The notes under the pieces: model-generated | What the model was told of the DNA's origin: nothing | What the model saw: only the letters and a program-made list of their open reading frames with translations | The model's database searches: none | Made by a program: the position numbers and the translations under genes | Shown here: positions 27,615-36,861 of the stretch, piece after piece | How positions within the stretch are numbered: position 1 is the first letter of the stretch | Layout: each line of letters opens with the position of its first letter | Origin: Pseudomonadota bacterium | GTDB taxonomy: Bacteria > Pseudomonadota > Gammaproteobacteria > Pseudomonadales > JAXHSS01 | DNA: 37,777 nt | NCBI GenBank assembly: GCA_034190675.1 | Contig: JAXHSS010000002.1 | Span: 1 to 37,777 of the forward strand | Direction of reading: 5' to 3'

Positions 27615-28724
27615 TCAGTCGCTCTTTTCGTCATACTCCGATAATTCTGCTGGCGGCTTTTTATGCGGATGAACTTCGGGCAAGAAATCATTAAAGGTTT
27701 TTCCATAAATTTCCAGCATGGTAATGAACAATGCCGCAATGATGGGACCGATAATAAATCCAAAAATCCCAAATACCCCAATTCCGCCCAGCGTGCTAAG
27801 GAAAATCAACAGTTCATGCATTTTCGTATCACGACCAACCAATTTCGGTCGCAAAATATTATCGATCAAACTTACCACGGTTGAAGAGTATACGATTAAG
27901 AAAATGGCCTCCCAATACTGATTTAACAAAGCCAAAATAATCGCCGCCGGCAACCAGATCAGCACCGAACCAATCAGCGGCACAATAGACAATATAATCA
28001 TGATCGCTGTCCAAAAAAGTGCGCCTTCAATCCCGACAACCCAAAAGCCAAAACCAGCCAAGCTGCCTTGAATGATTCCGACAATCACAGTGCCTTTTAA
28101 CGTAGCTCGTGTTACCGATGTAAATTGATCTAAAATCCGGCGTTCTTCTCGATCACTAAGCGGGAAATAATATAAGGCTTTGTTCATAATCTCCTCACCA
28201 TCTCGTAAGAAGAAGAAAAAGCTATATAAAAAAATCAAAAACATCAGCACCATAGTGAGTGTGGACACCGTAATACTGGAGATATTTTGGAACAAAACAC
28301 TGCTGATACTACTGATAGTTGCACCTAATTTCTCAACAATTTCATTTTTATAGACTTGTAATGACTCTAAATAGGGGATTGTCTCTACCAATTCAGTCCA
28401 ACTATTATTAGACTCTATAAAGTTTTGGATCCAAGGTTTTGCACGGGAGCTGATATACAGTGCTTCATCGATAATTAACGATGACACAATAATCAATGGA
28501 ATGAAGACCATCACTAGAAGTAGAATCAGGCTTATTGCCGCACTTAATGAAGGACGGCCTTTAGTGATTTTTAACAAAAACTCATACAGCGGATAGGACA
28601 AAGCAGCAAAAACTGCAGCCAATAACAGTGTAATAAGGAAGTTTTTGATAATTCCAATGAAGAGCAAGGATATCAAAAGGAGCAAAGCAATAATGATGAG
28701 CTTGTTGACAGACTGGGTTTGCAT
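27615..28724 (-). CDS. AI-2E (PerM/TqsA) family transporter
   Basis: Polytopic membrane protein of about 370 aa with architecture typical of this family. The conserved region GTVIVGIIQGSLAGFGFWVVGIEGALFWTAIM...IPLIGSVLIWLP is present. The ORF-track start at 28790 is TTG and would overlap the neighbour's promoter, so the ATG at 28724 is preferred. The start remains uncertain. Confidence 0.75.
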   Translation of the reverse strand: MQTQSVNKLIIIALLLLISLLFIGIIKNFLITLLLAAVFAALSYPLYEFLLKITKGRPSLSAAISLILLLVMVFIPLIIVSSLIIDEALYISSRAKPWIQNFIESNNSWTELVETIPYLESLQVYKNEIVEKLGATISSISSVLFQNISSITVSTLTMVLMFLIFLYSFFFFLRDGEEIMNKALYYFPLSDREERRILDQFTSVTRATLKGTVIVGIIQGSLAGFGFWVVGIEGALFWTAIMIILSIVPLIGSVLIWLPAAIILALLNQYWEAIFLIVYSSTVVSLIDNILRPKLVGRDTKMHELLIFLSTLGGIGVFGIFGFIIGPIIAALFITMLEIYGKTFNDFLPEVHPHKKPPAELSEYDEKSD

Positions 28725-28771
28725 GGGCTTTGTGGATACTTTGTTAATTAATTTGTTAAGTTGAAGTTTTT

Positions 28772-28798
28772 TTGCAACGGCTAATGTCAAGCTATAAT
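28772..28798 (+). promoter_or_regulatory. Candidate sigma70 promoter of the rhomboid/YqfO-like operon
   Basis: TTGCAA (28772-28777), a 15-nt spacer, then TATAAT (28793-28798). AAGGAG and the ATG at 28822 follow. The spacer is short. Confidence 0.3.
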
Positions 28799-28821
28799 AA
28801 CTTCAAATAAAGGAGTAAGAA

Positions 28822-29397
28822 ATGGCAACCATTCTTTTTCGTTATGTTTTTCCCCTAATGATTTCACTGATCTGCACGATCGTAACCATCGAATATGGGG
28901 ACTACCTTATATACGACCGCGAACTAATGGCAGCCGAGCCCTATCGCTTTTTGACGAGCCAATGGACCCATGCCACCTATCAGCATTATCTGATCAATGC
29001 CATCGGATTTACCTTAGTTGGCTATATTTTCTACAAATACGTTAGCACCATCGTATGGTTGATCATGATCTTTTACACCACGCTGGCTGTGAGCATCGCT
29101 ATGTTCGCTTATGACACAGAGCTAATGTACTACACGGGTTTCTCTGGCGCTCTCTATGGCCTGTTAGTGTTTAGTTTATTCCGTGCATTCCCGCATATAC
29201 CGAAGATCTGCATTATTGCCTTTTTATTCATCATTATCCGACTTTACCTAGAGCAAACTGGGCTATTTGATGTGAATATCAATGCCGAATTACTCGGTGG
29301 AGAAGTTTGGGTCAACTCTCATCTTTATGGCGCTCTATCGGGTGTTATTGTTGGCGGGTTATCCCTGCTCTTTGGCAGCTCATCTGACAATTATTAA
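28822..29397 (+). CDS. Rhomboid-family intramembrane serine protease, rhombosortase-like
   Basis: 191 aa, about 6 TM segments. It has the rhomboid HxxxxHxxxN motif (RFLTSQWTHATYQHYLINAIG), the catalytic GxSG (GFSGALYG) and the TM6 His (NSHLYGALSG). The small size and N-terminal YDRE...PYRFLTS are consistent with rhombosortase (TIGR03902). No HMM was run. Confidence 0.7.
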   Translation: MATILFRYVFPLMISLICTIVTIEYGDYLIYDRELMAAEPYRFLTSQWTHATYQHYLINAIGFTLVGYIFYKYVSTIVWLIMIFYTTLAVSIAMFAYDTELMYYTGFSGALYGLLVFSLFRAFPHIPKICIIAFLFIIIRLYLEQTGLFDVNINAELLGGEVWVNSHLYGALSGVIVGGLSLLFGSSSDNY

Positions 29398-29399
29398 GC

Positions 29400-29711
29400 A
29401 TGAATATTTTGGTGACCTTTATCCCAGCCTCTCACAAAGAGGCCGTCAAATCCGCCCTATTTGCCGCTGGAGCTGGGCAATTTGAGCAATACACTCACTG
29501 CGCTTACGAGCAGCTTGGCACGGGGCAATTCCGCCCCACCGAATCTGCCACACCTTTTATTGGCGAAAAAGGCCGTGACGAGCATGTAGAGGAATATCGA
29601 ATAGAGTTTTTCTGTGAAGAAGATTCCATTCCAGATATTGTTGCGGCGCTGTTAAAAACTCACCCCTACGAGCAGCCTGCTTTTTACGTCATTGACCCGA
29701 TACACTGCTAG
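29400..29711 (+). CDS. Stand-alone PII-like YqfO/NIF3-insert family protein (COG3323-like)
   Basis: 103 aa. The pattern IPASHKEAVKSALFAAGAG..Y..C......GTGQFRP...ATPFIGEKG....VEEYRIEF.......I..ALLKTHPYEQPAFYV matches my recollection of the family. It starts 2 nt after the rhomboid stop. Confidence 0.6.
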   Translation: MNILVTFIPASHKEAVKSALFAAGAGQFEQYTHCAYEQLGTGQFRPTESATPFIGEKGRDEHVEEYRIEFFCEEDSIPDIVAALLKTHPYEQPAFYVIDPIHC

Positions 29712-29732
29712 CTGAGCATAAGTCATAGTCTA

Positions 29733-31004
29733 TCAGCTAGCTTCGCCGCCACCTTCAAAAAAAGCCAAGCCCTCAGCGATCGTGAAAAAAGAACCCAGAA
29801 TCAAGCAAGGTGTTGGCTTGACCGGCTGGCTCAACTGGTGTTCGATGGCTTGTTTTACCGTATCGAATTGGTCGATCTGTGCTCCAGGTTCGATACTAAG
29901 AACCTGCGCTCTCAACACATCGACTCCAGCATTACGTCCCGCATCCAGATTAACTAAACTCCAATGCTCAATCATTGGTTCAAGCTGTTGCAGTACACCC
30001 AAAGTATCCTTATCTTTAAGCATGCCAATAATCACCGAGTAACATTTGCTCTGATCAAGATGCGTCATAAACGCCTCAACCGCCTGCGGGTTATGACCCA
30101 CATCAAGGAGAAAGGAATGTGATCCATGTTTAACTGCTTGAGCGCGGCCTTTTAGCTCAAGCGAGCCCAAAACTTCTTGTATGACTCCAACTTGCCAGTC
30201 AGAGCGCCACTGATAAAGAGCTTGAATCGCAACGGCCGCATTTGATGGAACGAAAAATGGCGGCAAAGAGATCTCAATATTTTGCTGTTGATTGGCGAAA
30301 TTAAATGCATGCCCAGTGCCAGAAAGGTGAAGGTGACGGTGAAGATGAAAGTCACGATCAATCACATGCAGATGCTTGGTTAGTGCTTGAGCCTGCTTGA
30401 GCACCGATTGCGGGCAATCCTGAGCGCCAATAATCAAAGGCTTATCGCAGCGCGCAATGCCCACTTTTTCAAAGCCTATGGCTTCTCGAGTTTCACCAAG
30501 AAAATCTTGGTGGTCTAAGCCGATGCTGGTGACAATGGCTACATCAGAATCAATAATATTCACGGCGTCTAATCGACCACCTAGCCCCACTTCTAAAACC
30601 CAAAGGTCTAACTCTTGGGCTTCAAACAACAAAAAAGCGGCCAGCGTGGTGAATTCGAAAAACGTTAATGGTATTTCTTGTCGAGCGTTATCAATGCGCT
30701 CAAACGCCTCAATCCACTGCTGTTCTGTTTGCTCTTGATTATTGATCAATGCACGTTCAGTGAAGCGCAAAAAATGAGGGGAGCAATACAAGCCAACGCG
30801 CTGTCCATGCGCTTGCGCGATTTGGGAAATAGCGTGAGCTGTCGAGCCTTTACCGTTAGTGCCCGCAATGGTTATCACGGTGGCGTTCGGCTTGATAGAT
30901 AAGCGTTGAGCAACTTGAGCAAGTCGCTCCAAACCCAGCTCAATTTCACTAGAATGAAATTGCTGAATAGTATCCAACCAAGTCGCAAATTCGGGCAAGC
31001 CCAT
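29733..31004 (-). CDS. folC: Bifunctional folylpolyglutamate synthase / dihydrofolate synthase
   Basis: Mur-ligase P-loop IAGTNGKGST, 423 aa, downstream of accD with a TAATG overlap. Confidence 0.93.
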   Translation of the reverse strand: MGLPEFATWLDTIQQFHSSEIELGLERLAQVAQRLSIKPNATVITIAGTNGKGSTAHAISQIAQAHGQRVGLYCSPHFLRFTERALINNQEQTEQQWIEAFERIDNARQEIPLTFFEFTTLAAFLLFEAQELDLWVLEVGLGGRLDAVNIIDSDVAIVTSIGLDHQDFLGETREAIGFEKVGIARCDKPLIIGAQDCPQSVLKQAQALTKHLHVIDRDFHLHRHLHLSGTGHAFNFANQQQNIEISLPPFFVPSNAAVAIQALYQWRSDWQVGVIQEVLGSLELKGRAQAVKHGSHSFLLDVGHNPQAVEAFMTHLDQSKCYSVIIGMLKDKDTLGVLQQLEPMIEHWSLVNLDAGRNAGVDVLRAQVLSIEPGAQIDQFDTVKQAIEHQLSQPVKPTPCLILGSFFTIAEGLAFFEGGGEAS

Positions 31005-31864
31005 TACTTCAGATGATCCGCCAAAACACCCAGCATCGTGCTGATTTCCTGGCGCATATCTTCTCGAGAAACAATGCGGTCAATCATGCCATGCTCAAGT
31101 AAAAACTCGCTGGTTTGAAAACCTTCAGGCAGGGTCTGTCGAACCGTTTGCTCAATAACGCGAGGACCTGCAAAGCCGATCATGGCACCCGGCTCAGCTA
31201 GGTTGATATCACCCAACATCGCCAAGCTAGCTGTAACGCCACCATAGGTAGGGTTCGTCATCACTGACACATAAGGCACACCTAATTGCTTCATTTTTTC
31301 AAGCACGGCACTGGTTTTTGCCATTTGCATCAGAGAAAACAAAGCTTCTTGCATTCTGGCACCACCAGAGGCGCTAAAACAGATCAGTGGCTTTTTCTCC
31401 GCTAAGGCTTTTTCTGCGGCTGCAGTAAACTTGCTGCCTACAACAGAGGCCATCGAGCCACCCATAAACTCAAAAACAAACGCAACGCAAACGACGGATT
31501 GACCCTCAAGCTTACCCTCGAAGCTGAGTAAGGCTTCTTTCTCACCGGCTTGTTTCTCAGCAGCTGTGAGTCGATCTTTATAACGCTTACTGTCCTTGAA
31601 TTTCAACGCATCCTGAGATGCCATTTCTTCAAAAATTTCTGTCGCGCTACCCTGATCCAAAAAAGCCAAAACCCGTTCACGAGCGCCAATTGGCAAATGG
31701 TGATTACATTTGTAGCAAACTTCTAAATGCTTATTTAACTCTGGCTTGTAAAGCACAGCCTCACATTTAGGGCATTTTTCCCAGACACCTTCGGGTATAT
31801 TAGACTTTGGCTCTTTATCGCTGCCAAATGACGGGATAATACGGCTCCACCAGTTATCACTCAT
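31004..31864 (-). CDS. accD: Acetyl-CoA carboxylase carboxyltransferase subunit beta
   Basis: N-terminal C4 zinc ribbon [26 protein letters not shown] and a carboxyltransferase domain. ATGA overlap with trpA. Confidence 0.95.
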   Translation of the reverse strand: MSDNWWSRIIPSFGSDKEPKSNIPEGVWEKCPKCEAVLYKPELNKHLEVCYKCNHHLPIGARERVLAFLDQGSATEIFEEMASQDALKFKDSKRYKDRLTAAEKQAGEKEALLSFEGKLEGQSVVCVAFVFEFMGGSMASVVGSKFTAAAEKALAEKKPLICFSASGGARMQEALFSLMQMAKTSAVLEKMKQLGVPYVSVMTNPTYGGVTASLAMLGDINLAEPGAMIGFAGPRVIEQTVRQTLPEGFQTSEFLLEHGMIDRIVSREDMRQEISTMLGVLADHLK

Positions 31865-32661
31865 AGGGCTTCAACTCCAGTAACCAAATCCTCAGTTAGT
31901 CCACCAACCGCAGTTGACCACTGGCCACTTTCTGCTTGGCTCAAGGCTTTAATATAGGCACTACCGACGATTACACCATCTGCATGCTGGACAATGGCTT
32001 TAGCACTGGCTCCATCTGAAATACCAAAACCGACGCAAATTGGCGTTTTGATATAGGCTTTTAAGTGATCAACATGCTGCTTAACGTCTTGCGCATCTAA
32101 TGCGGCTGAGCCTGTCACGCCTTTAAGCGATACATAATAAACATAACCAGCTCCTTTTTTCGCTACCTCTTGAATTCGCGAGTCTGAGCTTGTCGGCGCC
32201 AGCAAATAAATACTGTGGATACCTGCGGCCTCAAGATAAGGCTGGAAGATTTGCGAGTCTTCAGGTGGTAAATCAACGGCCAAGATACCATCAATACCCA
32301 CTTGCGCCGCTGCCTGAGCGAAACGCTCATAACCATAGGCTTCAAATGGATTCAAATAGCCCATTAATACAACGGGTGTTTTCTGATCTGTTTCACGAAA
32401 GTGCTGTACCATCTCAAGCACGTGCTGCAAGGTCATGCCTCGCTCAAGTGAGACTTCACAGGCTTTTTGAATTACGGGGCCATCCGCCATTGGGTCTGAA
32501 AATGGCACGCCCAATTCAATGATATGTGCGCCAGCGGCAACCATCGCATGCATAACATCAACCGTTGCTGCTTGCTCAGGAAAGCCCGCTGTCACGTAAG
32601 GGATAACCGCTTTTTTGCCCTGTTCAGCAAGGGTTGAAAAGCACTGATCAATACGGTTCAT
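31861..32661 (-). CDS. trpA: Tryptophan synthase alpha chain
   Basis: [26 protein letters not shown] and GFGIS motifs. ATGA overlap with trpB. Confidence 0.95.
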   Translation of the reverse strand: MNRIDQCFSTLAEQGKKAVIPYVTAGFPEQAATVDVMHAMVAAGAHIIELGVPFSDPMADGPVIQKACEVSLERGMTLQHVLEMVQHFRETDQKTPVVLMGYLNPFEAYGYERFAQAAAQVGIDGILAVDLPPEDSQIFQPYLEAAGIHSIYLLAPTSSDSRIQEVAKKGAGYVYYVSLKGVTGSAALDAQDVKQHVDHLKAYIKTPICVGFGISDGASAKAIVQHADGVIVGSAYIKALSQAESGQWSTAVGGLTEDLVTGVEAL

Positions 32662-33875
32662 AGCAAATCTCCTACATCGATACCGTCAAGTTTTGCCACC
32701 GTTAAAATATCTTTATCGCCACGGCCAGAAATATTGATAACAATTCGCTCATCTTCTGCCATTTGCGTTGCCAGTTTTTTTGTATAGGCAAGCGCATGGC
32801 TGGTTTCTAGAGCTGGCATAATGCCTTCAACACAAGTCACCTCACGAAAAGCATCCAGCGCCTCTTCATCTGTAACCGCATCATAGGTCACTCTGTGCTC
32901 ATCTTTTAACCAAGCGTGCTCAGGTCCGACACCCGGGTAATCCAAGCCTGCAGAGACAGAATGCGTACCTTGAATTTGGCCATCCTCGGTTTGCATTAAA
33001 TAGGTACGATTGCCGTGTAAAACACCTGGCGTACCCACTGAAAGCGGCGCCGCGTGTCGGCCTGTGGCTACGCCATCTCCGCCTGCTTCAATGCCATAGA
33101 TCTTAACGCTCTCATCATCCAAAAACTCATGGAACAAGCCAATGGCATTTGAGCCGCCACCCACACAGGCAACCAAGGCATCGGGTAGACCGCCAAAAAT
33201 CTCTTGGCATTGAGCTTTCGTCTCTTGGCCTATAATCGATTGAAAATCGCGCACCATCATCGGATAAGGGTGAGGTCCTGCAACCGTGCCAATGATATAA
33301 AACGTATCATCAACATTGGTTACCCAATCACGAAGCGCTTCATTCATCGCATCTTTCAATGTTTTTGAACCTGACTCTACAGGTACAACTTCAGCACCTA
33401 ATAATTTCATACGATAAACATTCAGTGCTTGGCGCTTAACATCTTCAGCACCCATATAAACCACACATTTCAAACCAAAGCGTGCGCACACTGTTGCCGT
33501 TGCCACCCCATGCTGACCAGCACCTGTTTCCGCGATTACGCGAGGCTTACCCATAGCTTTAGCCACCAGAGCCTGACCAATGGTATTATTTACCTTATGA
33601 GCCCCTGTATGGTTCAAATCTTCGCGTTTGAAATAGATCTGCGCACCACCGAGCTTTTCGGTCCACGCTTTGGCAAAATACAAGGGTGTTGGACGGCCAA
33701 CATATTCCTGCAAGTCCTTCAAAAAAGCCGCTTTAAACTCTGGGTCTTGTTTTAAGCGATCATAGGCCGCAGCCAGCTCATCTAGAGCAACCATCAAGGT
33801 CTCTGACACAAAACGTCCGCCAAATTGACCGAAATAGCCGTTGGCGCTTGGCATATTTTTTAAATTCAATGACAT
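32658..33875 (-). CDS. trpB: Tryptophan synthase beta chain
   Basis: [12 protein letters not shown], the PLP lysine motif [11 protein letters not shown], and GGGSNAIG. Confidence 0.97.
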   Translation of the reverse strand: MSLNLKNMPSANGYFGQFGGRFVSETLMVALDELAAAYDRLKQDPEFKAAFLKDLQEYVGRPTPLYFAKAWTEKLGGAQIYFKREDLNHTGAHKVNNTIGQALVAKAMGKPRVIAETGAGQHGVATATVCARFGLKCVVYMGAEDVKRQALNVYRMKLLGAEVVPVESGSKTLKDAMNEALRDWVTNVDDTFYIIGTVAGPHPYPMMVRDFQSIIGQETKAQCQEIFGGLPDALVACVGGGSNAIGLFHEFLDDESVKIYGIEAGGDGVATGRHAAPLSVGTPGVLHGNRTYLMQTEDGQIQGTHSVSAGLDYPGVGPEHAWLKDEHRVTYDAVTDEEALDAFREVTCVEGIMPALETSHALAYTKKLATQMAEDERIVINISGRGDKDILTVAKLDGIDVGDLL

Positions 33876-33890
33876 ATTTATCTCTTAACA

Positions 33891-34532
33891 TTAATACGAT
33901 CGCACTGCTTTTAAAAAAGCCTGCATTCTTTGTTGATCCTTGCAACCTTTGGTTTCACCTTCAATTCCACCACTCACGTCAACGGCGTAAGGTTTAACCA
34001 AGGCAATGGCTTGCGCCACATTCTCAGGATGCAGCCCACCTGCTAAAATAATAGGCATCGACAAACGAGGGATAACCGACCAGTCGAAAGTATGCCCTGT
34101 ACCCCCGTAAGCACGCTGTGAATAGGCGTCCAATAAAACCGCCGAAACTGAATCATAGTGTTCTGGCGGCTGCGGAATAAATGCACCTTCGTTCACACGC
34201 AAAGCTTTAATGACTGGCTGCTGAAATTGCTCACAAAATTCAGGCGACTCGTCTCCGTGAAGCTGAATGACATCAAGCCCAACATGCTCTGTTATCGATC
34301 GAATCACATCGTCAGATGCATTAACAAACAGCCCTACCTTCGTCACAAATGGTGGCAATTGCCTAATAATGGCTCGCGCCTGTTCAGGGCTAATATTTCT
34401 TGGCGATGGCTCATAAAACACAAAACCCAGCGCATCGGCGCCCAAACGAACGGCCGCTAGTGCATCATCCAGTCGCGTGATACCACAAAACTTTACTTTC
34501 GTGGCTTTTATAACTTCTGTGGTTTTGGTCAC
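33891..34532 (-). CDS. trpF: Phosphoribosylanthranilate isomerase
   Basis: VKFCGITR N-terminal motif and a TIM-barrel length. The ORF-track start at 34568 is TTG and sits inside or adjacent to a good candidate promoter. GTG at 34532 gives 213 aa, but the start remains uncertain. Confidence 0.88.
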   Translation of the reverse strand: MTKTTEVIKATKVKFCGITRLDDALAAVRLGADALGFVFYEPSPRNISPEQARAIIRQLPPFVTKVGLFVNASDDVIRSITEHVGLDVIQLHGDESPEFCEQFQQPVIKALRVNEGAFIPQPPEHYDSVSAVLLDAYSQRAYGGTGHTFDWSVIPRLSMPIILAGGLHPENVAQAIALVKPYAVDVSGGIEGETKGCKDQQRMQAFLKAVRSY

Positions 34533-34569
34533 GGGCGAGCTCAATTCAACACACTCAATCAAACGCAAA

Positions 34570-34598
34570 AGTATAGCCGCTAGCCCTCATACCAGCAA
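34570..34598 (-). promoter_or_regulatory. Candidate sigma70 promoter for trpF-trpB-trpA-accD-folC
   Basis: The minus strand reads TTGCTG (34593-34598), a 17-nt spacer, then TATACT (34570-34575). Confidence 0.4.
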
Positions 34599-34693
34599 CC
34601 AAATCACGCTCACGGTAACAGTGGAAACCTTGAAGTGCTTCAAGCAGTTAGCACATAGTGATAGACTACGCTGTTTTACGGCTGGTCCAACTC

Positions 34694-35437
34694 GTGTCTG
34701 AACTGCTACGCATCGAAAATGTCCATGTAACTGATCATAATGACACCATTCTTGATCATGTTTCGCTGAGCGTCCATGAACATGAATTCATCACCATTGT
34801 AGGGCCGAATGGCGCCGGTAAAAGCACCTTAATTAAAATTCTGGCTAACGTGCTAACACCCACCTCGGGCAAGGTCTGGCGCAAACCGAGTATCAATATC
34901 GGCTATATACCGCAACGTTTTCACTGCGATCCTTTGCTGCCAATCGATACGCGCTATTTCTTATCGCTCAATCTACCTAAAACGCAAAAAGGCAATAAAA
35001 ACAAAAGCGAAGATCAAAGCCTAGTTCAAGCTGTTGAGCAAGTTGGCCTTGATAAACACCTGCTTAACAAACCGCTCTCAGCTTTATCTGGTGGTGAAAT
35101 GCAGCGCGTGCTACTGTGCCGCGCCTTATTACAAAAGCCAGATCTATTGATCATGGACGAGCCCACTCAAAGCTTGGATGTTCGCGGCCAGCTTGAGTTT
35201 TATCAGTTGATTGAGTCACTCCATCTGCAAAAAACCTGCAGTATTGTTATGGTATCTCACGACCTTCATATTGTGATGGCATCTACCAATAAAGTCATTT
35301 GCTTGTATAAACACATTTGCTGCTCAGGTGAAGGCAACCTGATTGTCAAAGAACAGGCGTTTATTGATATTTTTGGACCCGAATTAGCGGACAAAATCGC
35401 CATCTATCCTCACCAACATAACCATCACCACCACTAA
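34694..35437 (+). CDS. znuC: Zinc ABC transporter ATP-binding protein
   Basis: Walker A GPNGAGKSTL, signature LSGGEMQRV, Walker B LLIMDEPTQSLD. The GTG at 34694 gives (M)SELLRIENVHV, typical of ZnuC N-termini; the ORF-track GTG at 34658 is also possible. The C-terminus ends PHQHNHHHH. Confidence 0.85.
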   Translation: MSELLRIENVHVTDHNDTILDHVSLSVHEHEFITIVGPNGAGKSTLIKILANVLTPTSGKVWRKPSINIGYIPQRFHCDPLLPIDTRYFLSLNLPKTQKGNKNKSEDQSLVQAVEQVGLDKHLLNKPLSALSGGEMQRVLLCRALLQKPDLLIMDEPTQSLDVRGQLEFYQLIESLHLQKTCSIVMVSHDLHIVMASTNKVICLYKHICCSGEGNLIVKEQAFIDIFGPELADKIAIYPHQHNHHHH

Positions 35438-36276
35438 TGATTATTGAACCTATCGTGTTATCGGGACTCACCGCCGTCATTTTCATCAGCCTTATGACAG
35501 CGCCGCTAGGTTGTTTTGTGGTGTGGAAACGCATGGCGTATTTTGGTGATGCAATCTCGCATAGTGCGCTGCTCGGCGTTGCCATTGCTAGCAGCTTGCA
35601 CCTACCTGCACAGATTGGCGCTTTGCTCACGAGCTTAGGTTTTGCATTTTTACTGGTACATACGCGCAAGATTACCTTTTTAGCCAATGATACCTTATTA
35701 GGCATTTTAGCCCACGGCTCTTTGTCGATTGGTTTGATCTACTACAGCTTTGTTGAACACCAAAGCCACGGCGACCACAACCACCAAAACCATGATGGAC
35801 ATGGGCATGAGTTGACCGAGCTACTATTTGGCTCACTCGATCAAGTGAGTTGGCTCGAAATTGGAGCCATTGCCCTTGGCGCCCTGCTTAGTCTTACTCT
35901 TATAATCTGCATGTGGAAAAAAGCGATTCTTGCCAGTATCAACGAGGAGCTCGCAAAGGCAGAAGGCATTCAAACCCAGTTGATTGAATGGCTGCTGATT
36001 TTCTTAATGGCCTTAACTGTCGCTTTGTGCGTGCATTTTGTTGGCGTCTTATTGGTCACAGCTCTGCTCATTATCCCGCCGGCCAGTGCTCGCCTTGTGG
36101 CCAAAAACCCAGATCAAATGTTGGGTGCCAGTATTGTCATCAGTCTGTTATCAGGGGTCATGGGCGTCGGACTGAGTGAAATAATCCATGCACCGATGGC
36201 GCCTAGTATTGTTTTTTCTTCCTTGCTGGTCTTTTTTGGGCTCTTGCTGATCAGCAAATTGCGCCCGCAGACATAA
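35437..36276 (+). CDS. znuB: Zinc ABC transporter permease (ABC-3 family)
   Basis: Polytopic ABC-3 permease (FGDAISHSALLGVA). TAATG overlap with znuC. Contains a His-rich loop, EHQSHGDHNHQNHDGHGHE. Confidence 0.85.
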   Translation: MIIEPIVLSGLTAVIFISLMTAPLGCFVVWKRMAYFGDAISHSALLGVAIASSLHLPAQIGALLTSLGFAFLLVHTRKITFLANDTLLGILAHGSLSIGLIYYSFVEHQSHGDHNHQNHDGHGHELTELLFGSLDQVSWLEIGAIALGALLSLTLIICMWKKAILASINEELAKAEGIQTQLIEWLLIFLMALTVALCVHFVGVLLVTALLIIPPASARLVAKNPDQMLGASIVISLLSGVMGVGLSEIIHAPMAPSIVFSSLLVFFGLLLISKLRPQT

Positions 36277-36342
36277 ATTTTTGAGCAAAAAAAAGAGCAG
36301 GGTTTAGCCGCTCTTTAAAAACATCATCTCGATTGTAGCGAG

Positions 36343-36750
36343 TTACTTTTTCAATAAGCTGCCCAATACAGACGTTACGCTACCCATGTCGATATTGCCC
36401 GGTAGCTGCCCGTCTGGAGTCAATTGATCAATCAGACCTGGCAATAAATCCGAAAGCTCAGTTTTCACTGACTCTTCGTCGGCTTTTGCCTCGGTAGCGA
36501 TATTGCGAATCATATCCAGACCAAAACCCTTTTCAACCTGCTCTGGGCTTACTGATGCGTTTTGACCCGTGCCAATCCATGAATTCACTAATTCACCCAG
36601 ACCGTTCGCATCAAATTGCTCAACAACGCCTGAAAGACCTTTTTCTGAATTCATCACCTGATCAACCATGGCTTGAACGACTTTACCTTTAACGCCGCCA
36701 CCCATTGCTTGGCCAACCAAATCACCAACTAGATTACCAAATAAGCCCAT
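36343..36750 (-). CDS. YidB family protein (DUF937)
   Basis: The ATG at 36750 is preceded by AGGAGG. MGLFGNLVGDLVGQAMGG ... LVNSWIGTGQNASVSPEQV ... LLPGLIDQLTPDGQLP is characteristic of DUF937. The ORF-track start at 36831 is an extension. Confidence 0.75.
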   Translation of the reverse strand: MGLFGNLVGDLVGQAMGGGVKGKVVQAMVDQVMNSEKGLSGVVEQFDANGLGELVNSWIGTGQNASVSPEQVEKGFGLDMIRNIATEAKADEESVKTELSDLLPGLIDQLTPDGQLPGNIDMGSVTSVLGSLLKK

Positions 36751-36861
36751 AATGTCCTCCTGAAATTGCATGAATGTGTATGCATTTATTAAAAAGGAAA
36801 AGATTGCGAACCGCAAACGGATTACGCACAATAGAAATAATTTTTATCTTTACAATTACTT

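Noticed and set aside
34555-34590. 11-codon sORF (MRASGYTFAFD) upstream of or overlapping trpF, considered as a possible trp leader peptide.
   Set aside because: It has no Trp codons and no attenuator hairpins, and it overlaps the candidate -10/-35. Coincidental.
35430-35450. AATGATTATTGA at the znuC/znuB junction, resembling half of a Fur/Zur-type AT-rich box.
   Set aside because: It lies inside coding sequence at a translational-coupling junction, only a half-site is present, and there is no dyad partner.
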